A stretch of 64,000 nucleotides of DNA from Paraspadella gotoi. Its lineage: Eukaryota; Animalia; Chaetognatha. The position numbers and the translations under genes were made by a program. Shown in pieces: positions 23,601-34,331 of the stretch (position 1 is the stretch's first letter; each line of letters opens with the position of its first letter). The notes under the pieces were generated by a model that saw only the letters and a program-made list of their open reading frames with translations, was not told the origin of the DNA and did no database searches. The stretch covers positions 10,601,045 through 10,665,044 of the forward strand of contig CM119267.1 of the NCBI GenBank assembly GCA_051294375.1, in the 5' to 3' direction.

Positions 23601-25292
23601 AATGTCTCTCGATGTTGTCTTCTTTGCATTTTTTCTTGAAGGCGAGTTTGCTCTTCTTCTTGGCGGCCTTCGCATCAACGGGTTCAGGTTCCAGATCTTT
23701 CTTTGCGGGCTTTTCCTGGGTTCCGAAAAAAAGTAAGTACACGTTTAAAATCGACAACTTTTGACAAGTTTTGAGGCGGGTAAGTTAGTGCATCAATCAG
23801 CCCCCGAGATGGAAACCATTTTTCACAAAACCTTTTTCTTCTTCTCCATTTTGGCTTTGATCTCGCCGACGCCGACTTCGCCGCCGAAGACGAAGTCGTC
23901 GTTGTTGAGGCAGTCGCTGTCGAAGAGTTCGATCCTCAGTCGATCGAAGGACTTGGCGACGGAGAATTCCATCTCTTCGGGCCACACCGGATTTGCGTTG
24001 TTGTTAATCACCTTCGTCTCTTTCGATTGGCAGAGGTGACCTGGTTTGTGAAATCGTCGAGAGCCTTTATCCTACTTCCGACTGATGATAGTAGAAATCT
24101 ACTATGAAATTAAATTCAATGTGGGTGGGGGTTCAAAACTTTAGTCTTGAAGTCAACGTTCAGGTAAGAAAAATAATTTTTTATTGTTACTATCAAAATT
24201 ACAATATTACTATATAATGATATAAAAATTTTTTCATCAAAAAAAGTTAAATAAAACATATAACAACTTTCAAAAATTTTTATGTTTTCTTGGTGAAAAT
24301 TAGGAAAAAGTAATAAAATTATCGAAATATGATGATGATTATTAGTAGTTTTTCATATTTTTCACCCACTTATGATCAAAATATTGAAAAAAGAATTATA
24401 CTTTGTGCAGACAACTTTTTGCAAGCTACCTGAATCTGATCTAAAAATAAAAAAATCTTAAAACAATTTTTAGCCATTCCTATTTATAAATAAATATTAA
24501 AAAATTAATATATAGGGTATGGAGTAATATCAAAATGTTTTGCCTATTCAAATTTTTTTTAAAATGTCTAAATTTTCGTTTGAGCAGTTGCTTAATTCAA
24601 ATTTCTTAACCACTTTACTGAGTTAGGCTAACCCTAATGATAGTATGACAGAGACATGAAATGTAACCTTTAGAGTTGACCACGGAAAACTTGACGTATG
24701 GATCGATGGCAGAAAACCTGCTGAGCTTCGGCAGCCTCAAGCCCCTGAGGTCCTTGAGACAGAGAATCGCTACGGTGGGATTGTGTAGCAATTCCAATCC
24801 CTGGACGATTGCCGGGAATGACACCGTCTCCAGACGCTTGCGAAATCCGTTGGCGACCATGCCGCTGCTGCATTCGGCGTGACACTCGATCAGCACGCAG
24901 ACGATGCCTGGCGAAGCCTCCGTCAACGACGCTGTCGTCACGTAGCTCTTGACGCCTGGGTTCGGCTCAATGCTCACCTGACCAGGCCAATCAAGACAAG
25001 TTTACCCTTTTTTGTACAACTTTCTAAATTCTTCTCGTGCTAAACCGACCAATGAATACTTCATGACGTGAGCCTCGTCGTCGCGGGACTCCAACTTCTC
25101 TTTGATGACGTTGCGTTCGAAGGTCAAAACCCTGACGGCGCCAACTTCGTCCTCGGCGTCGTCGACCAGTGAAGCCTCCTTGACGAGCGACCAGTAGGCG
25201 CGAGTGGAGGCGCCGAATCCGCGAAAGGACGACCAGACATCCTCCAACTCGGCGTGGACGAAACCTTGGAAGACGGCGTCGATGGCGGGCAT
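20616..25292 (-). CDS. SRPBCC (polyketide cyclase/START-like) - C2 - lipoxygenase fusion protein, 14 exons
   Basis: Approximate exons: 25292-25050, 24977-24668, 24040-23832, 23715-23544, 23471-23262, 23171-22891, 22773-22580, 22515-22361, 22256-22034, 21851-21679, 21584-21462, 21384-21207, 21127-20978, 20768-20616; all phase-compatible. LOX motifs: WQDDAEFCRQFFQGVNP, WLYAKMLVQSAD, NHLGMSHL, LEPH, FYYRDDG, SAFHSAQN, YGYVPN, YYYMSPDKCNASVDV*. C2: IDPYVKF...TKVINNNANPVWPEEMEF...LRIELFDSD...DDF. SRPBCC: EDVWSSFRGF...EVGAVRVLTF...IKEKLESRDDEAHVMKYSLV. Confidence 0.9.
20852..20894. repeat. (ATTAAGAC)n short tandem repeat in the last LOX intron
   Basis: About 5 imperfect 8-nt units seen directly. 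Confidence 0.85.
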
Positions 25293-25502
25293 CTTCGTCT
25301 ATTTTGTCGAGGATTTTTTTTTTAATCAAAAAAGAATTTAATGTAGGAGAGGATTTGGAAAACGATGGTGGACGAAACTTTAAGACAAAACCGACAAAAC
25401 CGACTGCCGACAATAACCGGTTAAAAATGAAAAAAAAAAACATTGAGACAATTTAGGAGGGGCTGGAAAAGCCGGTTTCGAAAATCTGACAAGACCAAGA
25501 AC

Positions 25503-25656
25503 GTTACGCAAGGACGGTCTCGCTTTGCCAACGCAGAGGGAAGTCGTTAAGACTGGATGGAACCGCAACGCTTGGGATGTTGCGTTTCCCCTCTAAGCCA
25601 ATGGAATTGGCTGAACGAAGGAGGATGTGAGGCAACCTAACTTAACTTAACTTAAC
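25503..25656 (+). repeat. Structured repeat element, copy A (about 130 nt), with (AACTT)n tail
   Basis: Homologous to the reverse complement of 56432-56563, including a 39-nt identity AGGACGGTCTCGCTTTGCCAACGCAGAGGGAAGTCGTTA; followed by AACCTAACTTAACTTAACTTAAC. Confidence 0.85.
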
Positions 25657-27144
25657 ATCACAACAAGAAATGACTAAAAACTCTAACCTGGCACGTATCG
25701 TCTATTAAGGTGTTTTTCTTTAAAATTAATATTTAAAAACTGACATTCGAAATATAAGGGTGCCCTTATCACTATAAGAGCATACGATTCTACTTAGTAG
25801 TCTTATCCTGAAAGAAAAAAAATCAGACATAACATTGGTCCCCCAAAAAATTACCCATTCCATCCCACTCTGTTCAGCCTTTTAGATATTGTGAGGTTCT
25901 CATTAATGATTTTTTTACAGAAATGATGTGTCATATTTATTTAGAAAACTAGGGCAGGAAGTAATATAACCTTGTGTTGTATAGATGCTCCCTCTATCTC
26001 CAGAAGACAACTTTTACAACCCTCTTCCATTAATAATATATTTTCAGATTTAGATTATCAAAAACCTAAATTAATAAAAATAATAATAAATATTAAAAAT
26101 ATATAAATTGTAATAAATACTTTTAACGAATATTATAAAATCTAAGACTTAAAACAGTGAAACGAGTAATTTTTGCAATTTTCATAGCCAAAGTAAAGGG
26201 TAACGTAAGTCAGTCAAATTAATCAATTTGGCGATTTTGCGGTCAATGAAACTGGGCAACAAGCGGATTCTCGATCGTTGGGATAAAGTCGTCATTTTCA
26301 GCACTCTCCCACCTTCGAGAATCAGCAAATAATTTTAGGAAAAAAAACCCATAAATTTTCTTTCTTTGTTATCGTTTATGAGTAAAACCCGAGCAAATGT
26401 TTCAATTTTACGAGCAACGCCCCAAACCGAGTGACTTTAGTCACGACTAAGAAATTTTCGGAGACCGAAACCGGTTAAATAATTCGAGCGACAACGGGGG
26501 TCATCCTGAACGAAGAACTTTGCATTTCGAGAATATGAGAAGATCACGTCCATTTCCTCGCCCTGTCCTCAACCATTTCCTCCGCTTTGCATCCCACTAT
26601 TCAAAAAAAAAAAAGTTTGAACCGGACGAGCGACTTACCTTTTTCCGTTCGAGGATGTTTGCCGACTTTTTCGTCTGGCTGCGACTTACCCGTGGCCTCG
26701 TCGGCATTCGTCCGACCCGAATCTCCATCGTATTGACCTTTCCATTTTTGTTGATCCTAAGAAGACAGAAAAGACGACGGCGCATCCACTGTCGCGACGC
26801 AAAGTCCGATTATCATTTTCACGAAATAAAGCAGACTGAATTATCATAAAATAAAAAACAATATCGCCAAATAGAAAAATAAAATTCTGGGGGCTAAATG
26901 TCAAAACCGATGTTTATGTAAACAATCTAGAAAGAGAAGTAAAGGTCATAACTTAACGAACAATTTATTTTTTATAATCCCAAGAGTGAGTGAGAGATGG
27001 AGATAGAAAATGTGGGTCGAATTCTAAACATCTTTACAGAAGCACCCAGAAAAGATTACCTTTAGTTTAACCAAATTTTGTTGTTTTCGATCTCGCGTTT
27101 CGTTATCTTCGTTTTTTCGTCTAGAGAAACGTTTGCCTGCCTGC

Positions 27145-27182
<38 letters not shown>

Positions 27183-28967
27183 CTTTCTTGCTCGTTTGGT
27201 TTCCAACCCCTGACACCCAATAGAGAAAAGAGATAAGACGGCGCGGTGACCTCATAGCACACGGGAGAGAAATCTCGTCAGCGAGATGCCTGGGAGGTGG
27301 ACTGGTGAAGGATATTTCGGGGTGAGGCTCTTTGTAGGGGAGACTACCGCTGTGAACTTGTGAAGGCAGGCAGTGATATCTGAGGCTTAAGGGTGGCGAC
27401 GTTTACTTGGAATTTGTCGGAAAGGAATTTGTTGAAAGCGAAGCAAGAAACGCCCGAAGAAGTTAAAATACTGACGTGGAATAAAAAAAATACACATAGC
27501 TATGAATAGACAATAGTCCAGTTAAGGTGGCTCGAAAAAAAACTGACAACTTCTTCTGTTACCCACGAAGTACTCTTTTTAATTTTACTGAAAACTTACC
27601 ATTTTACATTTTTAAAAATGGGCCCACCGTATGGATTTTTGACTTTTAAGCTAGAAGAGCCAAGGATAATTTTTTTGTGATGTTAACTAAAATTTCTGAA
27701 AATTAATATATAAGATAATTTTAAGTCCGGTGTCTCATGGGTCAACGAGATTTTCACTTTTTTCATGACATGTTCACTCCTTTGTACAACCCCAAATTAC
27801 CATTAAAGCCAAGAATAAACTACCTTCATTGTGTTCGTCATGAAATAAACGAGGTTTCCGTTTTGAAGGCAATTAGATTTTCAAAAAGTTTATTTAATTA
27901 CGATTTTTTTTCTACGAATGAAATCTGGGGCGCGACTCACATTTTTCTTATTTTTTTCCCTCAGCAATTCGTTTTTCTTTTCAGCTGTAGACCACCTTCC
28001 CAAAAATTCCTTTTCAACATCTCAAAACCTTGAAATTTTTTTTTTTACCTTGAATTTTTTTTTATTTTTTCATTGCAAGAGAGCAAAAAACTTTTCAAAG
28101 CGTATATCATCGTTTTACAAACGGTTTAAAGAATAAATATAATTACTATTTATCAAAACAGTAGTTTTGTCCGTTTAGCTTAGTTAATTAAATAAGTTGG
28201 TTTACGTGTATAATGACATTTTTCCGTAAAAATTCGGATCATTTATTTTGATGGCAATTTAAGTATGAACTACAAAAATCGGGAAATTTCTACGGAAAAA
28301 CACATGAATCTGAAAGACTTAAGTCGTTAAACGAAACAATTTTTTTTTGTCATCTTAAATAAGACTGAACACGAGAATCGGTCGTAAAAATCAATGTCAA
28401 AAAAGATTTTTTTTATTTAAAAAAAAAAAATATTATCACTTATCTCGAGGTTTGATCCTCAAGCGAATAATGATTTCATTCTTTGTCGTTGCGCAATCTC
28501 ATGACCAACTTCGCTCTGCAATCTCACAAAGATAAATCTCTTGATAGTCTCCGGGCGAAGCAACCGCTTCCGTTCAGGCAAGCCAATTTAGATATTTTGC
28601 ACAACCTCGATTCCCGTCGATACGAAGACGGAAGAACTGGGAACAAATTTGGGGTTGACATTCGGCTAAGAATTTAACAACTCTACTGGAATTCGTTATC
28701 ACTAATCAGTTATTTTAAACTGTTCTGTTGAAAACAAGTGAATTTCTTCAGTTCAGGTTTTCTCCATAATTGGGTGATATTGAAAAATCGGAATATTACA
28801 CAGCTTTAAAAAATCTGCCCTTTTGCTTCCAGGCTTAAATACGAGATATAAATATAACAAAAATAAGACAGTTAAAATTGGGCTAAAAATAAGCCGGTTT
28901 CATTTCGGATCTAGTTGGTAATCAAAAAGAATATTATGCTGGACTAAAATCCGCCAACCGTTCTTCA

Positions 28968-29150
28968 GCGGCCATTGATGCCGGAGTCAAGTCATTCCCC
29001 TCCCAACCCAAAGGTCCGGGGTTCTAGCCCGGTGGTCGCCTAGCAGTTAAGAGGGACGGGGCGCTTAACCCGCCTGTAACACGGTGTTACAACCTGATCC
29101 GAAGCTCAGTGACAGAACCGTTCAATATAAGCAGTCCCTATCACATAACA
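28968..29150 (+). mobile_element. Putative tRNA-derived SINE (tRNA-like head plus GC-rich body)
   Basis: GGCCATTG...GGTCCGGGGTTCTAGCCCGGTGGTCG: acceptor-like ends, T-arm with B-box-like GGTTCTAGCCC, degenerate D-arm/A-box, A-rich end. Confidence 0.45.
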
Positions 29151-31630
29151 ATAATTACTGTCTCTTCAATATTTTATTTTTTTATTTTTACGCAGAGGCC
29201 AATTCTCGAACACACTCGAGCATACCTTTCGGTTTTGACTTTTCTCCGATAATCGATCTCTCTTTACCCCGAGGAAAAAGAAAGGAATCGGGAAGGAAAA
29301 TCTTAATCAGATTTGGAAGGAAAGATCAGATTCATAAGAATGGGTAAATCCAATATTGTTTAGGGTTAGGGTCGAGCTTATGGGCTCGCATCAGTTAATC
29401 AATCATTCAATCGACAGAAGCAATGGTAAAAAAAAAATGATATCGTACAGGAGAGAGAATGATCCCACGCCGAGTCGTGCGTTTGAAGCATGCGTTGTCT
29501 GAAATCTTGCTTCGATCTTGCTTTTTTTTAAAAAAGCGGGGGTAACGGGCGTCTCTTCGAATAACGGGAATAGTAAAACTGTAGTGAACGGGCTGACGCG
29601 TGAAATATCACGCATCAGAACGTGAGGGATGCGAGTCTCGGTGTGGGGTGGAGGGATGGGGTGGAAGGTTGAACAATAGAATGGAGCTCTCGAGCGCAAA
29701 ATTTTCATTTTAAATATGTTTCAATATTAATTATACGTGGAATGTATAAACTTAAAGTACAAGAAATGTTTTGTTTATATTCTGAAGGCATCAAAACAGA
29801 AATTACAATACATTAGTAGTAATATCCTTATTGAAAGATTTTGTGACTACTTATAAAATAGGAAATTTTAAAACAATTTTTTAAAAATTTTTATTAAAGA
29901 TTCAGATTGCTCATAAAAAGTTAAACTAAAAATATAAAACATGTTATGTTTTAAAATTTCGATATCTTCACTGTCAGAAAAAGTCAGAAAAAGTCAAAAT
30001 TCTCTACTTTTTTACTCTCTGTAGTAGAAACTATTATATGACAAAATTTTTTTTTCATTTTACGCAGTTTTAACATTAAAATATCAAATAACATATTTTA
30101 TAAAAGTCTTTTTTTTTCTGACTAATCCGTTTATAAAGGGCTTAACTTTTAACAGTTTCATATACAAACGAAGCAAAAAAATACTGTAACATGTCTTAAA
30201 TATTTTCGTCGCTCCACCCTGTTGAACAAGGGGAAAAATGGGGAGAAGGAAGGATTATGAACGGGGTGAGAAAAAGCTCGAGACCCTCCACCAGCACAGA
30301 GCTAAAAGGGAATAATATTCTCAATCGACGTTCAGAGAATGGGGATTCTGACTTTTCACCCAATGTGAGAATTGTTGTCAGCGGCCAGGTTGTAGTCGTT
30401 GAGAGAAAGATTAAGAGCGGGATGATTTGCATAACCGGAAGAAGGAAGAAAAACTGAAAAAAATAAATGGAGGGCAGCTCCACAGAATACTAGCTCATTG
30501 AGTATGTATAAAGATTTAATACTAATTGTAATTCCCAGAATATCAATTTTCAGCGGAAATTTGAGGGTTTTGCAGGATGGGCTTGGTGTGTGGAAAAGTT
30601 GGGATATAGGCTTATAGCCTATCTGGTAGGTACGATGAAGTTAAGAGAAAAAATTAAATAAGAGCGCGGGATGAATGGATGCTTTGAAGGTTGAAAACTC
30701 ATGGGAAGAGTCGTCGGAAAAGATGATGAGAACGAGGCTAGCGGGGAAAAAAATCGGTTTATGAGGTGCTGAATATCACGTTTCTCGCTCTCTCGCTATC
30801 CTTCTCGTCAGAAAATTGTTTTTCTCTTTAACAAGTGGTTCTAATAGTTAACTTCCGAAATTAGCAATCTATAAATAATAATTCTGAAGAGAAATCACGA
30901 ATGTATCGCGAAAAGATAAATATTTATAAAGATAAATATTTCATCCGTCATTCAGTCAAAGACCGAAATAGTAAGTCAACAGGAAGAAAATTAAAATGTT
31001 TTTACAGCATCTTGAATTTAAAAAGTTATTGCACTCTCAAAAGAAACTGACGAGTTTTGGCTTCCAGCAGCGTTAAATGGCAAAATGGTCTTTGTCTTGA
31101 AAGCTTAGGCCCTAAGTTAGGGACTAATAAAAATGTAAGTAAAACCAGGAAGTTGAACATTCCCGATAAATGAAAAACAACGATGATGAATAATTGGGAG
31201 CGAAAACCTACGGGATATTTGTTGCGTCCACCGGAGTGCACTTTTTTTCTTGCGCCTCTCTTCCTTTTCCGAAAGAGCGTGAAGTCAGTTCGTATGATCC
31301 AAAAGAACAAAAGATTCAATGAAATTTCCGTTTTGGATTCCGCATTAGAAATACAAAAACGGGACAGCCATGAATAGATCTGTTTCACTTTAATACTCGG
31401 TATAATGGTAAAAATGAACACGGCTAAATTTATTTTTATTTTTATATTCGCCGACCGGGATTTTGCAGTCAGTTAGTTTTTCGCTTTTTATGAACGTTTT
31501 ATAGAAATCTCATTACTCAAAAAAAAAAAATTTACCCTTACCAATATTATTTTTTTAATTTTTATTACAAACTAACCTTAAAACTAACCTTAAAACCTAA
31601 CTACTCTTAACCCAAGTTTAAACTAAAATA

Positions 31631-31800
31631 ATTAGAGAATTGACAAAGTTTTTTTTTGCAACGAATTTTATTTAAATTGAACAGACATGTTTCGACTTGC
31701 TTTACAAGCCTTCATCAGCGTTTGTAAAGCAAGTCGAAACATGTCTGTTCAATTTAAATAAAAAATTCGTTGCAAACAAAAACTTTGTCAATTCTCTAAT
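31631..31800. repeat. Long inverted repeat (arms about 77 nt, 14-nt spacer), Penelope-like pLTR remnant
   Basis: Arm 31631-31707 is nearly the exact reverse complement of 31722-31800. Confidence 0.9.
31679..31723 (-). ncRNA. Minimal type I hammerhead ribozyme (Penelope-like element type)
   Basis: Minus strand reads AAACG-CUGAUGA-A-GGCUUG-UAAAG-CAAGUC-GAAA-CAUG-UC/UGUUC: intact core boxes, 6-bp stem II, palindromic ACAUGU stem III, GUC cleavage triplet, stem I AACG/UGUU. Confidence 0.72.
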
Positions 31801-34331
31801 CACTACTAACAACGAAAAAGAAAGGATTTCTTCGAATAATTATTTTAAATTTATTTTAATTATTTTAGTTGAACAAATAATACCAAATATTCAAAAATAT
31901 CTTTTTTTATCTAACGAAAAATGAAGAAATAAAAAAATTGTATTACTGCGAAAACTGAGATTGGACAAAGGGAAAACAAAATTCAATGGATTAACAAACC
32001 ACCGACCGGTCGTAGCTAAGGTTGGTTGAGGACGTCGAATAGTAAACTTACCCGCAAAATATTTTATGTACTCCTTAATCATACTATCTCACGTCTAAAT
32101 ATCCTTGTTTGTTCACTCAAATAAAATTTATGTTCCCCAGTGCTCCACTCTACTGTGTAGTGCTGCATAACGCTGTTCCGTCCATCAGCAGTTCAGTGTT
32201 CTGATCGAAACGGTACTATACGGCCAGTTAAAGGTAAAGATCCGGTGGAAAGCCTCCCGCACATCCTACGTTCCGGAGAGAAAACTTACAGACACACAGA
32301 GCACATTAGGTTTGGGGGCTATCACATTATTGGTTTGAGAACTTCTTTCTGACTTAAATATAATTCTTTCAAATGAAAAAATGAAATAAAAATCATTAAC
32401 GGATATTTATTTAAATGATTTAAGGTATAGAATATATTCCACGTACAGGATTTAATAGCAAAGAAGCAATAGCCACAATCAGAAATAGTTTTTAACACTG
32501 TCATTTTAGAAGCTTTTAAATAAAAAAAAAAGTTAATCAAATAAAAACGGGCTTATCGCAACGTTTCGACATGAGTCGAAAAAACTCTGTGGTCTCATAT
32601 TAAAATCATTCATAGGTTGTCATTAAAAAAAAGAAGAAAAAAAAGAATGAATCATATGATAGGGCAAGATGATTCGTTAACTATTCGTAAATACCACGAC
32701 AATGAGTTTTAAACGTTCCGATAATCGAAAACTTCACGTATTCGTCCTAGACCGCAAAAATGTAGACTAGATTCTGAGAATATTCTCTGTTAAAAGAAAA
32801 GTGGCGCAGTTGTGCGCAGGATTCCAGCTCATCCGTGTCACGGAAAGTGTTTTTTCTGTCAACGCGTAAGTTGTCGCGGTTGTTTATCTCCATGAAGGAC
32901 ATTTGTTTTACTTTCGGAAAAGACGAGCGTTATCAATCGAGCGACTGATTAGCGATTACCCGTTATAAGATCTCGTTCTAAGTTCTACTTCTCATCGACT
33001 TCCTGTCATTCTTTACACTCAGTTAAAAAACAATTGTTGGATCGCTTTGGAGATTTACCACTCAAGATAACTTCGAATTTCATCTTATAATTAAAATAAA
33101 GACAGAGCGCGTGAAAAAACTCTGAACTGCATCACGTGCGAAGAGAAAAAAAATAAAGAAAGGCGCGGATGCTTGTGTGTGCGTGCTATAAACGAAAATC
33201 AAACGAATTTCCTTTGCTTGACATCATTCGATGCGTCAGCATCTTTCTCAAAATGAGTAAAATAACGAAGGTATAAAATATTGTGTAAATAATCTGGGTA
33301 AAATGAGAGTAGAAAAGGGATAAAAAGGACAGTAAATAAAGATTGTTGTTCGATGGGACGATAGTTATTAGTTAATGTTATAGATTTTGCCAAATCTCAT
33401 TTCAAGACCAATACTTTTATAACCAACTTTTATAAATTTGAGTTTTTTCAAAATTTCTTAAATTGATGCTCATTAGGGCGATCAAATAAAACACGCCAAT
33501 CCAAGAAAATGACAAGGTAAGGGATTCTGGCATGGGTAAATAACTTAACAGAACGATTAATATGACTGTAAAAGAATTGCGAATGTCAATGTGAGGACAA
33601 AACATATTGGTGATAAGGGTTCGGGATTACATAATACGTGAGTACTGAGTAAAAGCACAGGTAATTAGAAAAATAAAAGAATATAAAACGTGACTTAAGC
33701 GTAAAACGAAAAAAAAACAAAAAAACAAAAACAAAAGAGACTAGGAAAGGCTGAAGTACCGTAAATTAGGAGGTTCATGGATATTGAATAAGAGACACCA
33801 ATTTTGAATGCATGGAATTTTTTTTCCATTAGTTTTAGCTAAAGGAAAACTAAAAATAGCCGATATACAGCGCGAAAGGGTAAAATAAGTAGGGAGTATA
33901 AAAACGGAATGTACATATTTCCATAAATTTTTCCATCAACTTCCATCGCGGAAAAACAAAAAACAAAAATTAAAAAATATAGAAATTGCGATTGTTCAGA
34001 TCTTAAAAAAATTGCACTGATATTCATGTTCTTGGAAAAATTAATCGTAGGCCTATTAATTTAATAACTAGAAAAGCGCCAATAGATTTGCTTTTCACAA
34101 GGCACAACCTGAGTTTGGACAGAAGGCATATTTTCGCAAGTAGTACTTGAATGTGAGTCGACTTACCAAGTCGATTATTTTTTATGTGCCTCTCGTTAGC
34201 TACCACATCGCGTTTTCACAAGTTACAGGAATTTTTTTTATATACTTGCTTATTTTTGTCTCGAGTCAAAATTGCCAAAGGAAGCTATGAAGGTAATAAG
34301 GAAACTTCCATCTTTTAGATTGAAAACATTG

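Noticed and set aside
24050-24120. Hammerhead-like CTGATGA-TAGTAG-AAAT-CTACTA-T-GAAA on the plus strand in LOX intron 2
   Set aside because: Core boxes and stem II are present, but I could not form stems I and III with a valid NUH cleavage site in register.
29359-29371. TTAGGGTTAGGG telomere-like motif
   Set aside because: Only two units; not an interstitial telomere array.
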